Positions 8,894-19,355 of a stretch of 34,359 nt of DNA are shown here, piece after piece. How positions within the stretch are numbered: the stretch's first letter is position 1; the number at the start of each line of letters is the position of its first letter. Below the pieces are notes generated by a model that saw only the letters and a list, made by a program, of their open reading frames with translations, was not told the DNA's origin and searched no databases. The stretch lies in the IMG/VR virus record IMGVR_UViG_3300009435_000026, positions 1 to 34,359 of that record; one strand, written 5' to 3'. This DNA is from a virus. Taxonomy: Duplodnaviria > Caudoviricetes. The translations under genes were made by a program, and so were the position numbers.

Positions 8894-9487
8894 ATGTCAC
8901 GAATAGCAATGGATTACAGCAGAGGCGGGGCAGGGATAGGCAGTGTTGGCGGCGATTTTGTTTCCCAGTTGCCAGAAGTTACCGACCCCGACAAGACCTA
9001 CGCGAGCATTACTCGCAACGACTACATGGATTATGTGAGCCAGTATCGCGGCTTCGAAGAGGACCTTCTTGATAGAGCGCAGAATGACACCTCACTAATT
9101 GATGACGCGCGAGTTAACGCCAAAGAAGCTCAGGGGCTTATGGCCGGAGTAGCTAATCGCAACGCAAACAGATATGGCGTATCACTAACTCCAGCACAGC
9201 AGCAAGAACAGTCACGCGGCCTAGCGCGCGCGAATAATCTTGGGGCGGCTCAATCAGTAAACGATGCGCGCATTGCCCAAAAAGATTTAAACCAGGCTGC
9301 TATAGGCGACCTTATTAACATCGGACAAGGGGTCAATCGCTCCTCACTTGGTCAGATGCAAGGCGCGGCGCAGAGCGCGACTCAACGCAAGAACGCATAC
9401 GACTCTGCTAAGGCGGCTTCTAAAGCGCAAACTTATAGTGCAGTAGGTGGTCTCGCCGCTGCCGCAATTTTCGCATTCGCATTTTAG
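8894..9487 (+). CDS. Internal virion / ejection protein with hydrophobic C-terminus (putative)
   Basis: 197 aa A/Q/N-rich ending AVGGLAAAAIFAFAF; RBS AAGGAG. Confidence 0.65.
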   Translation: MSRIAMDYSRGGAGIGSVGGDFVSQLPEVTDPDKTYASITRNDYMDYVSQYRGFEEDLLDRAQNDTSLIDDARVNAKEAQGLMAGVANRNANRYGVSLTPAQQQEQSRGLARANNLGAAQSVNDARIAQKDLNQAAIGDLINIGQGVNRSSLGQMQGAAQSATQRKNAYDSAKAASKAQTYSAVGGLAAAAIFAFAF

Positions 9488-9497
9488 GTAACTACCG

Positions 9498-11771
9498 ATG
9501 AGCATAGCAGCAGGAATAGAACGAGCAGTGTCAGGCGCGCAAGCATCCTACCGTGACCAACGTGACTCTAACCGCCAACGCGAATCGCTAAAACTGGCTC
9601 GTGAACAGCAAGACATCATTAATACCGAAGAAAACGAGAGGCTCAACGTACAGGGCTTTCGCGAGGTTATAGGTACTATTGCTCAGCACACTGGCAATAT
9701 TACTGAGAAGCAAGACTACCTTTCGGTATATAACGAACGCCCAGAGGAGATTGTTCGCCTTAGTAACTTACGGCCTGAGTTTAATACATTCTTAAAATCT
9801 GACGGTACTCTGGGAGAAGCAGAACTACATAGTTTTAAAAAAAGAGGTGACCTAATAGTTCCGATGGTCAAGCGAAGGGACACTGGCGAAGTTGTTCCAA
9901 TGACGAGAGGAAAGTCTGAAGCTGGTGATGACGAAGTAGTAGAGCTAACCGAGCAACAGTTTAATGACCACTTTAAAAGCCGGTGGGAATCAGGTATCAG
10001 TAAAGGGGCACTACGAGATAACGATGGAGTCCTCTACACAGGCGCGCAAGACATGGCCAGATGGCAAGCCCAAGCCCAGAGCTCAGCGCTTAGAGAGAAG
10101 TCGCTGGATATTGTTGGCGGAGATCCCGAAAGAAGTCCTGCCCAGAAAGCGCAATTTTACCAACTTGTAAATGACACGGACGATGTAGACGCTTTAAAGC
10201 AAGTCTATGCGTCTGTTGGCGGCGACGTGGACGCATTAATTGCTGACGCTGAAGCAGCCGCAACAGCTGAATGGGAGAATAGCGTTCAAGGTAAAGCAGA
10301 GCGTGAGAAACAAGACTCAGAGGAGGATCGCACCCCGCTACAGCGCGCATTAAACCCCCGAAACCAAAGAGCTATGGGACGCACTGTCGGCGACCAAATG
10401 TCTGTCTTAGGTATAACAGATCCCGAAGAATATGACATGTTGCAGACTGTAACGACTGCGGTCGAGGAGTCTGGAATCAACGCCGCCGGTGGTAAGTCAG
10501 GGTTTTTATTCCAAAACCAAACTAACGAAGTTTATGAAAAAAACACTGCAGCTGAAAAATTCTACGATAGGCAGACCAATACTGTCGCTGTGGCTAAGGC
10601 GCTATTCCGTAACCCAGAGCTAAAAACCGAGTTCGACAAACTCGGCCCGATGGCGTTTTACGAGAAGTATGGGGACAATATTCAACAGCTTGGCAAGCCT
10701 GAGCGTACTCCACCAGACCCTTCGCAAGGCGGGTACACGCCAAAAGGTACAACTGTTGGTGGCAGACCCTCTGGGAATGCGACTACCGCACCCCAGCTGA
10801 AAACCCAACCGCCGTTCGAGCTGACTGCGGGGAACATACGCATGGCTATCAAGAATAAGACGGAGAAGGTTACAGCGGAGCAGACTGCTGAAATCGGTTC
10901 GTTCCTTGATCGTAATGGTATTAATACCGACCAAGAATTAATTGAAGCGGCTAACAACGGCACAATAGCGCCTGAAGATGCGTTCAAAACCGCCTACATA
11001 ATGGGTATGACGCATAAGGGTTCAACAACTGAAAGGATGGGTGAGGCACAAAAACTCATAAACGCCTTTACGTTTGGTGACCGAGACGTTGGTATAGCGG
11101 AAAAATCAACAATGGATTACAACGCCGCCAGCTCTGCAAGGGCCGGTGCGACTTTGCGACTTCAATACGAGCAGCACAACCTAGCCGTCAAGCAGTACGA
11201 TACAGAAGCTGGACAGCAAATAGTTGAGGACACGCAGGCTTGGTCGAATGAACTGTTTGCTACTATCGGCTATATGGAAAAAGGTGATGACGGCGAATAC
11301 TCAGTAGTCGAAGGTGCCACCTTTGACGGGACAAAAGATGAAGCGACTGCAATAGGTAACTTAATTAGCAGGCTAATCCCAAAAATCAATCAGGCATCTT
11401 CATCAGGTGTCTACACCGACGCAAATGGAGAACCTATCGCAAGTCCGCAGTCGCAGGCATACCTTGACCGTCTAAACCCCGCTTTAAATTTTTATGCGCA
11501 GGCAATGGCAAACGCCGATGAGGGAAGCATCTTTGGAGGACAGTTTTACGCAGACTTCTTTAGGCCAAATGCTGATGGCACTACTGACTTTGATTTAAAA
11601 AGAATTCGTATTGCCCGTAAGGGGCCAAAGGGCGTTATACAGAGAATCGCATATGTTGATGAAGACGGTGTAAACAGCCAAGAAATCGACATGAGCGATA
11701 TCCAGAGCGACAACCCCATCGTCGCTAGACTTTTGGCCAAAGCAGCCACCGTTAACGGTATGGTTAAATAG
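9498..11771 (+). CDS. Internal virion / ejection protein (putative)
   Basis: 757 aa; MSIAAGIERAVSG N-terminus then Q/R/E-rich coiled coil; between small and giant ejection genes. Confidence 0.6.
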   Translation: MSIAAGIERAVSGAQASYRDQRDSNRQRESLKLAREQQDIINTEENERLNVQGFREVIGTIAQHTGNITEKQDYLSVYNERPEEIVRLSNLRPEFNTFLKSDGTLGEAELHSFKKRGDLIVPMVKRRDTGEVVPMTRGKSEAGDDEVVELTEQQFNDHFKSRWESGISKGALRDNDGVLYTGAQDMARWQAQAQSSALREKSLDIVGGDPERSPAQKAQFYQLVNDTDDVDALKQVYASVGGDVDALIADAEAAATAEWENSVQGKAEREKQDSEEDRTPLQRALNPRNQRAMGRTVGDQMSVLGITDPEEYDMLQTVTTAVEESGINAAGGKSGFLFQNQTNEVYEKNTAAEKFYDRQTNTVAVAKALFRNPELKTEFDKLGPMAFYEKYGDNIQQLGKPERTPPDPSQGGYTPKGTTVGGRPSGNATTAPQLKTQPPFELTAGNIRMAIKNKTEKVTAEQTAEIGSFLDRNGINTDQELIEAANNGTIAPEDAFKTAYIMGMTHKGSTTERMGEAQKLINAFTFGDRDVGIAEKSTMDYNAASSARAGATLRLQYEQHNLAVKQYDTEAGQQIVEDTQAWSNELFATIGYMEKGDDGEYSVVEGATFDGTKDEATAIGNLISRLIPKINQASSSGVYTDANGEPIASPQSQAYLDRLNPALNFYAQAMANADEGSIFGGQFYADFFRPNADGTTDFDLKRIRIARKGPKGVIQRIAYVDEDGVNSQEIDMSDIQSDNPIVARLLAKAATVNGMVK

Positions 11772-11781
11772 AGGGCAGTAC

Positions 11782-14700
11782 GTGTCTAATCTTGGAGTCC
11801 GTAACAATAATTGGCTGAACATACGCTACAACCCCTCTAATGATTGGGTCGGGCAGACTGGCGGGGATGGTAATAACTACGCCAAATTTGATGACCCAGT
11901 GAACGGGCTTCGAGCAGCAGACATCGTCCTAAAAAACTATGGGGCAAAGCACGGCATCGACAATCTAAACGATGCTATATTCCGCTTCGCCCCTCCCGCA
12001 GACAATAACCCGACTCCTGCATACGCAAAGTTCGTAGCGGATAAGATGGGAATCGGTGCTGACGACAAGATTGATTTAGCTGACCCCAATACGCGTGAAA
12101 AGATGATTTCTGCGATGGTGCAGTTTGAAACGCCTGATGCGACGGATATGTACTCGTCAACTTTATTGGATAAAGCTAGAGGAGTAGATACGAGTGCTAG
12201 CTCAAAGCCAGGACTTGTCGCTAGTTTTAAACAACAAACCGCTCAGCCTACGAAAGCCAAGCAGTCTATAGAAGTAGACCAGTCAACCGACGTGGTTAGT
12301 AGTTTTAGGAAGCAGCCAAGAACACCTGAGCAAGCAGTGCTCGACACTCTTGGTGAAATGCGTGGTGATTCAAACAACTCCGTCGATGGATTGCGTAGCG
12401 GTAGACTCCAAGCTGATGACATAACTTTTGCACCCTCTGGATTAGTTGAAAGTTTCAGGCGTGGTGTTACTAGCGGCGCGCAGTCGCTTTCTTCGGATTT
12501 AACTTATATGGGCGCGGGTATTGACGCGCTTCTAGGTGATAAAGAAGGTGTCGCTACATCTATTGAGAACGCGCGAATCCAAGAAGAGTTTGCTGCTATC
12601 CCGATGGAAGGGATGCAAACCTTCGGAGAGTTTGTAGACGAGCCGACAGTCGGCGGGTTCTTTGAGCAAGTTACATCGGGTACAGGCCAGCTAGTACCTA
12701 GCGTAATTTCTACTATTTCTGGGGCAGGCGTCGGCAGTGTCGCCATGCTTCTTGGTAAGGAAACTCTAAAACAAAGTAGTCGCCAAGCCGCTAAAAACCT
12801 CATTAAAGATTCTTTGGTTGCAGTCTCCAAAAAGCAGGCTACTCCTGACCAGACGGATATTGCACAAGCTGCATTCGAAGCGACAAAAGAAGCACATGTA
12901 CTAGCTAGAAATGGGTATCTACGAAATAAGACCGCTAAGCAGGGCGGCCTTATAGGCGCGGGCTTGTCTGAGTACGCCCCGTTATCAGGTTCAAATGTTA
13001 GCGAAGCGCTAGAGTCAGGCCGCGAGCTCGACGCAGGGCAAGCTGTCCGTGCAGGACTAGTCGCATTACCCCAAGCAGCTGTTGGCCTCTTTGGTGAAGT
13101 AGGCTTGTTGAAGTTAATCGCCAAGCAGGCGTCGGCAAAATCGGCAGGGCCAAACTCTGTCATGGGTAGACTAGCTGCTGCTGCTGGTGGAGGTTACGTC
13201 AAAGGTGGTGCGCTGGAAGGTGGAGCTGAACTCGTACAAGAAGAGATCGCAATCCGTAACCGTATGGATATGGACGATACTTTCACTGATGCTGACGCAA
13301 ATCTCCGGCGCATGAATGCCGGTTTCGTTGGGTTCTTCGGAGGCGGTGCTGCAGGCGGAGTAGGTTCACTCGCTGTACAAGGAGCACAAGAAATTGGCGG
13401 TGCCCCGTTGCTAGATACCGCAGCGGCAGTTGCCGAAAAAGCGTCTGATATGACGGACAGTATCAAAGAATTTATGACTCGCGCAAAAGCGCAAGACGAT
13501 ATAGCCGGTGCAGACGCGGACCAAACTACGCAAGAATCTGAGCGTGACATCAATGCGCAAATAGGCGCAATGCTTGACCCCTCTAGTTCCAAGGAAGCCG
13601 TTTGGATAAGCGGGACTGAACCTGATCCTAAATATAGTAAGCGCCCTAATAAAGTTAAGCAGATATTTATTAACGGCAAAGAGGTATACACAGCTTTTAT
13701 ACCTGGCCGCGGAACTATTATTTCGCCAGATGCAGGTGTTGTAGAAGCTGTCGTTAAGGGGCAAGCGTCTGATGCCGTACTAGCCTCGGCCCTCGGTTAT
13801 AGCGCCGTAAAGACCGGCACAGAAACCGGCGTTTTCCGAGTGTATGACAGAGATGGTGGTATCGTTTCAGAGCAAGTAGTTGATGTAGCACCTGAGTCAA
13901 TGGCCTCTGCTCAGAAGGCAGCCGAAGGGCTAAAGCCTGATGGTGGGCGTGTAGAGTTTATGACGACTGAAGACGCTATCGCTGATAGAGCGCGCCGCGC
14001 TGAGCCCGATGTAAAGTTTATGGATGATGACGAGGACGCAGACGCGCTTGAGACTGACCAAGATTCTAACGAGACGCAAGGCGACCAAGCGTTCGAACCT
14101 GAAACTCGTACACACAGTTTTGAAAACAAAGGCGAGACCATCGAGTCATACCAAGCTGTCGAAGGCGACAATAGCTTCGATGGCGTCGAGGAGGCTCGTA
14201 CAGCATATAGCGAGATGCTTGGGTATGCCGTTGATTTCAGTACACCGTTTTATAAGCGCATGTCTAAAAGCATGCTCAATACCGCCGTTGCACTACAGAA
14301 AGCTAATACTGATGAAGTAGTTCAAATTGCAGTTAATAGCAACGGCTCTTACCGCATTGATATTGAGACTACCCCTGACACACAAAAAATAAGAAGCCGT
14401 AACGGAAAAGGCGTGGAAGAAGAAATCTCCATGTCGGAGTTTGTACGGCGGTCGATTAGTAAGGCCGCGAGTAGTTTATCTAAGTTCAGAACCGTAAACA
14501 TTACGGCCCCTGGGTCAGATAAAGCTACCACCGTAAATCCTGTTGATTTGATGAACGCTGGACGGCGGATAGAAGAATCGGTATCGGGTAGTTTTACGGG
14601 TGGTGGTGCAACACAGTCATCGCGACAAGGGCTGCTTGCTATGTTGGGCGAGTTGCAGACGCGTGGGTATGAGGTAGATATTCAAGGCGTGCCTATAGCT

Positions 14701-17700
14701 GACATTATGGCAAACTTAGCTGACCCCACTAAAGATTTAGACCCCGCAATATCAGGACTAACTGTAGGCTTTAACGACGGCGGTAAGCCCGTTAAATTAG
14801 GCTCATTACTGAAGCCTTATGTCCCAGGTGCGCCAAAAGTGACTATGCTAGAGGAGATCACTGATGAGCTAGGCGATATAACGTTAGTAGCAGAAGAAGA
14901 CGCCCGCGAAGCTGCGCAAGATGCAGACCCTATCGAACCTTACGATATGGCTGAAAACAATGCCCGCACACCTGACGGCATCCCCCTTACTACAATGAAC
15001 ATCGAAGATGAGCGCAACGTAAATACTACGCAGAATCGCCCAGTAGGAAGTGCTCCGCTTACAGGACCCGCGAGAGATCCGAAGCCTCAGTTAAACTTAA
15101 AGTCAGGTGTGACATTCCCATTTGGCGAGGTCAATGAGCTAGTAGCCTCGTTAGTACGACGGCTATCTCGACGCCTAAAGTTAAAGAATCCAGTGGCGAT
15201 GATAAGCCTAAAGAAGTTTAACGAGTCTACTCGTGCCCAGCTCGCTAGCTACATCACTGCTAAAGGTAAAAAGTCTGCCAAAGGCAAGATCGCAATGCGC
15301 ACGCTGATGGGCGATACCAAGACGAAGCCTTTAGACCTAAGTGACAAGAAAGCGGTCGGCGAGTTTGGGCAGCAGCTACAGAAAGATGGGTTGTTGAAAA
15401 AGACTATGGATGTTGAGGTAGCTAAAGTTACTGACCCAACGCTTGTTGGCCACAGCATAGTTCAGCGCGCGGCCTTTGAAGTATTGCAACCTCTGACTAA
15501 TTCTACGCTGGTGGCTAAAGAGCTGGCAGAGTACTTAGTCGATAGCTTTGGTAAACAGAGCCGGAAAGGGTTCCACAAAAAGTATGACGGCGCGACAGTG
15601 ATCATGCTCAATGATTTAAACAATATCAACGAAGCAGCGATTGCTATGACCGCGGCCCATGAGATGGGGCACGCGCTGTTTAATGAAGAGATCGACGGCG
15701 TTATTACTAACAAGCAGTTATTTAGTCGATTGGTTAAGAGGTTTGAGCGAGATAGGCAGGCAGCCCGAGACGCGGGTAAGCCGATACCGCAGTGGGAAAC
15801 TGTCGGGTTCGAAGAGTGGTATGCAGACCAAGTTGCGGCATGGGCAAAGAAAGATATGCTGGCAGACAAGCGTACCGCAAACGATGCTGTGGATAGCCAC
15901 TTCAAGCGTGTTGCACGTCGCTTCAAGCAGCTGTGGCGGGAAGTTAAATCCCACAACATCTTTAAGCGTACAGATAAAGTCGCGCCTGAATTCGACAAGT
16001 ACATGACCGCCGTGACGAAAGCGCGGAGAGCGAACCGCGAAGTAATAACAGCACCCGTGCGTAACGAGGCGGGTGAGATCGTTGCGTATGCTGCGGCACT
16101 TAGGTCGGCGCAACTCACAGCTCCAGTACAAGAAGCCCCCAACGCCGAAAGCCCAACAGAGCAAGCTCCGTTAGATTTACAGCCGCAAGAAGGCGGAGGT
16201 TCAGGTAACGACGGCTATGACGGCCCACCGCCACAACTGCCTGTCCCAGACGAGCCTTCTTGGGAGCAAAAGGCCCTTGTTATAGCCCTTAAAAATCAGA
16301 TTAATATTCAGTCTGGCGCACAGGCGCGAGCTGAAGCATGGCGTAGAAAATTCGAAAAGTGGCAGAAAGCCTTCTTAGAGAACAACCCTCACGCGACTGC
16401 GATTTTAGGCATTATCCGCACAGCGGATGGCATGCTTCGGATGACTGCTGGCGACACTTTTGCTGATATGTTCTATGTAAGATCGAACACTAGATCAGGT
16501 CTAGGGTTTGTGCAGGCTAGACAGCTGGCTCGAGATAAGTGGCGCGCAGGATTGTTCGATGCGATAGGGACGGATTGGACTACGAAAGAAGTGGAAGATG
16601 CATTGGGAGAAGCGCAGAGCAGAACACCTACGTCGGAACTTAAGGGCAAAGCAAAAGCTATTCGTGAGTATCTTGAGAAGATGCACCGTGAGTATGTAGA
16701 GCCGTCCAACTCGGACATCGGCTTCCGTGAGAATTATTTCCCCGTTCTATTAAGTTTGCCTGAAATAGCAAACGATCCAAAAGCATTCGTTGACTTGGTA
16801 ATGCAGTACAACCCAAAAGCAGACCGTAAAGCTGTAGAAAAAACCGTCGCTCGTTTAGGTAAGTACCAGCGGATTATTGAGTCAGACCAAGATGTACCAA
16901 GTGATCTTGACGCGCTGAACCCCGCTGCTGCTGTTGAGAAGAGCATACAACTAACACGAGATATTCCTCTAGATGTGCTAGCGGAGTTAGGGTTTGCACA
17001 ATCTCCAGAAGTCGCTCTCATGAGCTATGTCGACAACATCACTAAGCGCGTCGAGTGGAACCGTGCGACCAAAGGTGCAGATGGTAAAGATAAGGTCGGT
17101 CCTGCGTTAGCCGCTATGACAAAAGCACAGCGCGCGAATGCTGAGTCTGTACTTAACGCTTATGTCGGTAACGTTACGCATCTGTCACCTTTCTGGCGCA
17201 AGACGAATAGTTACCTCGCTACCTTAAACCTAGTCACTTTATTGCCTTTTGCTACGCTAGCGTCGATCCCCGACTTTGCAGGCGCGGTTGTACAGACTAG
17301 AGAGTTCAATGGTTTTGGTATGGCGCTCAAGCAGATCATGAGCACGATACAAGACAAAGAAGCGGCGAAACGTTTAGCTAATGACATCGGTGTAGTCATG
17401 CCGGAAGCTGCTGCAAATGCCTGGATGTCGCAGGCAGATAGCGACATGCTTGATCCTACTGCAAGAATGGCGACTGATAAGTTCTTTAAGTGGACTGGAC
17501 TTAGCGGATTAACCAACCTGTCTCGGGAGTTCGCATCAGGTATGGGTAAGCGCTTTTTAATTGAACATGCTAACAACCCTTCAGAACGCTCAGAGCGTTA
17601 TCTTTCTCAGCTCGGCGTAACGTACGATCAGGTACGCCGATGGGAGGCTAATGATTTCTCCTTCGACGGCCAAGACGGTCAGGCAGTTAAAGAGGCATTG

Positions 17701-18291
17701 CAGCGTTTTGTAGAAAGTTCTGTGTTGCGTCCTAATGCTGCTGAGAGACCTATCTGGGCATCAGATCCACGTTTCGCTTTGATCTGGCAGATGAAGTCTT
17801 TCATATACGCTTTCAACAGCGTGATCCTAACCGGCCTAGAGCGCGAAGGCTTTATGCGTTTCTTAGAAGGGAAAGGTATGGTGCCTGCGATGGCACCTCT
17901 GTTGTTGATGACGCTTGCTGCGTTTATGCCATTAGCGGCGCTGGGCCTAGAGCTACGCGAATACGCGAAGGTCGGACTGTCTTACGCAATTCCTGGGATT
18001 GATGGAAGCCTTAAATACCTCAGAACCGACCAGATGGATTACGGCACATATTTCATTGAGCTGTTCGGACGCGCAGGTTTAGACGGCCCTCTAGGTCTTA
18101 TTACTATGGCTCAACGGTCGGGTGATTGGGGTGGCTCATCTTTAGCAACAATACTTGGCCCAACAGCTGAGCTAGTGGACAAGGTTATTCAAGATGGCCC
18201 GTTCGATGGCGCATACACGCGCATGAACTCACCGCAAGAAGCGGCTGGGACAATCCTAGGAATTGGCGCAATCGCGAGAACTTTACTATGA
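11782..18291 (+). CDS. Giant multidomain ejection protein (putative peptidoglycan-hydrolase N-terminus, Gly/Ala membrane-like region, zincin-like HEXXH domain)
   Basis: 2169 aa, GTG start; GVRNNNWLNIRY...FDDPVNGLRA...RFAPPADNNPT.AY; HEMGH (15658-15672) with downstream EEWYAD (15811-15828); ENYFP and hydrophobic C-terminal region like podovirus gp16-type proteins. Confidence 0.75.
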   Translation: MSNLGVRNNNWLNIRYNPSNDWVGQTGGDGNNYAKFDDPVNGLRAADIVLKNYGAKHGIDNLNDAIFRFAPPADNNPTPAYAKFVADKMGIGADDKIDLADPNTREKMISAMVQFETPDATDMYSSTLLDKARGVDTSASSKPGLVASFKQQTAQPTKAKQSIEVDQSTDVVSSFRKQPRTPEQAVLDTLGEMRGDSNNSVDGLRSGRLQADDITFAPSGLVESFRRGVTSGAQSLSSDLTYMGAGIDALLGDKEGVATSIENARIQEEFAAIPMEGMQTFGEFVDEPTVGGFFEQVTSGTGQLVPSVISTISGAGVGSVAMLLGKETLKQSSRQAAKNLIKDSLVAVSKKQATPDQTDIAQAAFEATKEAHVLARNGYLRNKTAKQGGLIGAGLSEYAPLSGSNVSEALESGRELDAGQAVRAGLVALPQAAVGLFGEVGLLKLIAKQASAKSAGPNSVMGRLAAAAGGGYVKGGALEGGAELVQEEIAIRNRMDMDDTFTDADANLRRMNAGFVGFFGGGAAGGVGSLAVQGAQEIGGAPLLDTAAAVAEKASDMTDSIKEFMTRAKAQDDIAGADADQTTQESERDINAQIGAMLDPSSSKEAVWISGTEPDPKYSKRPNKVKQIFINGKEVYTAFIPGRGTIISPDAGVVEAVVKGQASDAVLASALGYSAVKTGTETGVFRVYDRDGGIVSEQVVDVAPESMASAQKAAEGLKPDGGRVEFMTTEDAIADRARRAEPDVKFMDDDEDADALETDQDSNETQGDQAFEPETRTHSFENKGETIESYQAVEGDNSFDGVEEARTAYSEMLGYAVDFSTPFYKRMSKSMLNTAVALQKANTDEVVQIAVNSNGSYRIDIETTPDTQKIRSRNGKGVEEEISMSEFVRRSISKAASSLSKFRTVNITAPGSDKATTVNPVDLMNAGRRIEESVSGSFTGGGATQSSRQGLLAMLGELQTRGYEVDIQGVPIADIMANLADPTKDLDPAISGLTVGFNDGGKPVKLGSLLKPYVPGAPKVTMLEEITDELGDITLVAEEDAREAAQDADPIEPYDMAENNARTPDGIPLTTMNIEDERNVNTTQNRPVGSAPLTGPARDPKPQLNLKSGVTFPFGEVNELVASLVRRLSRRLKLKNPVAMISLKKFNESTRAQLASYITAKGKKSAKGKIAMRTLMGDTKTKPLDLSDKKAVGEFGQQLQKDGLLKKTMDVEVAKVTDPTLVGHSIVQRAAFEVLQPLTNSTLVAKELAEYLVDSFGKQSRKGFHKKYDGATVIMLNDLNNINEAAIAMTAAHEMGHALFNEEIDGVITNKQLFSRLVKRFERDRQAARDAGKPIPQWETVGFEEWYADQVAAWAKKDMLADKRTANDAVDSHFKRVARRFKQLWREVKSHNIFKRTDKVAPEFDKYMTAVTKARRANREVITAPVRNEAGEIVAYAAALRSAQLTAPVQEAPNAESPTEQAPLDLQPQEGGGSGNDGYDGPPPQLPVPDEPSWEQKALVIALKNQINIQSGAQARAEAWRRKFEKWQKAFLENNPHATAILGIIRTADGMLRMTAGDTFADMFYVRSNTRSGLGFVQARQLARDKWRAGLFDAIGTDWTTKEVEDALGEAQSRTPTSELKGKAKAIREYLEKMHREYVEPSNSDIGFRENYFPVLLSLPEIANDPKAFVDLVMQYNPKADRKAVEKTVARLGKYQRIIESDQDVPSDLDALNPAAAVEKSIQLTRDIPLDVLAELGFAQSPEVALMSYVDNITKRVEWNRATKGADGKDKVGPALAAMTKAQRANAESVLNAYVGNVTHLSPFWRKTNSYLATLNLVTLLPFATLASIPDFAGAVVQTREFNGFGMALKQIMSTIQDKEAAKRLANDIGVVMPEAAANAWMSQADSDMLDPTARMATDKFFKWTGLSGLTNLSREFASGMGKRFLIEHANNPSERSERYLSQLGVTYDQVRRWEANDFSFDGQDGQAVKEALQRFVESSVLRPNAAERPIWASDPRFALIWQMKSFIYAFNSVILTGLEREGFMRFLEGKGMVPAMAPLLLMTLAAFMPLAALGLELREYAKVGLSYAIPGIDGSLKYLRTDQMDYGTYFIELFGRAGLDGPLGLITMAQRSGDWGGSSLATILGPTAELVDKVIQDGPFDGAYTRMNSPQEAAGTILGIGAIARTLL

Positions 18292-18671
18292 GCATATTCA
18301 CAGCACTACTCGGGCCCGTTGCTGAACTAGGCAAGGCTTACTTGGGCAACAAAGCTGAAGAGAAGCAGGCTATCCATCAACGCAAGATTACATCTATAAA
18401 CAACGACGCGGACTGGGAAGGCAAGATGGCTGATGCGTCAGCGGCCTCGTGGAAAGATGAGTATTTAGTAATTTTATTAACCTCGCCCGTCATCGCAATT
18501 ATGTACGGCGCAATGACAGATGACCCACAACTTATCGAACGGGTGCAATTTGGCCTGCAAACTTTAGAGCTCCTCCCTGACTGGTTTAGTTATTTGCTAG
18601 CGGTAGCGGTAACGGCATCGTTTGGAGTTAAAGGCGCAGACAAACTTATGAAGCTGCGGAGTAAGTCATGA
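18288..18671 (+). CDS. Holin, 3TM/GTA-type (putative)
   Basis: 127 aa; ALLGPV N-terminus, SWKDEY, LPDWF..AVTASFGVK, hydrophobic segments; ATGA overlap; two genes upstream of the endolysin. Confidence 0.7.
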   Translation: MSIFTALLGPVAELGKAYLGNKAEEKQAIHQRKITSINNDADWEGKMADASAASWKDEYLVILLTSPVIAIMYGAMTDDPQLIERVQFGLQTLELLPDWFSYLLAVAVTASFGVKGADKLMKLRSKS

Positions 18672-18949
18672 TCGACGAAGAGTCTAGCCGTCGGTTCGAT
18701 CGTATAGAAACGAAGATCGACAAGCTGACTGACATCCTCGCGAGCGTGGCGCGGGTGGAAGAAAAGATGATAGGCGCGGATGCGCGATTGAAGCGCCATG
18801 AATTCCGGCTCGATGAGAATGAGAGGAAGGTAGACGACCTAGCAGAATCGGTAGCTACTAATTCGCAAGTTGTTAAGGTCGGCCAAGGCATAGTCGCATC
18901 AATGTGGGCTGCTTTTATCGGCGCTGTTATTTATATAGTAAAGGATTAG
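18668..18949 (+). CDS. Coiled-coil protein with C-terminal membrane anchor (lysis cassette)
   Basis: 93 aa; RFDRIETKIDKL..ARVEEK coiled coil and IVASMWAAFIGAVIYIV TM segment. Confidence 0.65.
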   Translation: MIDEESSRRFDRIETKIDKLTDILASVARVEEKMIGADARLKRHEFRLDENERKVDDLAESVATNSQVVKVGQGIVASMWAAFIGAVIYIVKD

Positions 18950-18951
18950 AA

Positions 18952-19299
18952 ATGTTTAAATATTTTAAGATCGAAGATTTTGATTGCCAGGAAACAGGCG
19001 AGAACGAGATGAGTGAAGCGTTTATCTGGAAGCTGGACCACCTAAGAGAGATTTGCGGATTCCCCTTCGTGATAACTAGTGGGTATCGTGATCCCAGCCA
19101 CAGCATTGAGCGAGATAAACCGAATGGCGGGGGACAACACACAAAAGGGCTGGCCGCTGATATTCGCGCCCGTAACGGCTCGGAGCGATATCAAATACAG
19201 AAGCACGCGTATGCGTTAGGTTTTACTGGGGTAGGCGTACACAAGGCATTTATCCACCTAGATATCCGCGATGCAGAGCCAGTATCTTGGCCATATTAA
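18952..19299 (+). CDS. Endolysin, peptidase M15A family
   Basis: MFKYFKIEDFDC, ITSGYR, QHTKGLAADI, FIHLDIR motifs. Start moved from 18904 to ATG 18952 (in frame, RBS AAGGA at 18941). Confidence 0.88.
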   Translation: MFKYFKIEDFDCQETGENEMSEAFIWKLDHLREICGFPFVITSGYRDPSHSIERDKPNGGGQHTKGLAADIRARNGSERYQIQKHAYALGFTGVGVHKAFIHLDIRDAEPVSWPY

Positions 19300-19308
19300 C
19301 TACTGGAT

Positions 19309-19332
19309 TTATATTAGCCAAGCTAATATAAT
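19309..19332 (+). promoter_or_regulatory. Palindromic operator overlapping a TATAAT -10 box (site 2)
   Basis: TTATATTAGC-CAA-GCTAATATAA (19309-19331); TATAAT at 19327-19332; intergenic, ahead of the tail cassette. Confidence 0.65.
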
Positions 19333-19355
19333 CAACCAATCTATAGGTATATAAC

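Noticed and set aside
11782-18291. N4-like virion RNA polymerase or DarB-like methylase/helicase
   Set aside because: No polymerase, methyltransferase or helicase motifs recognised; only hydrolase-like and HEXXH motifs are visible.
18904-18951. ORF-track N-terminal extensions (18904, 28883, 32229, 33245)
   Set aside because: Downstream in-frame starts have clear RBSs and avoid long overlaps, so those starts were used.
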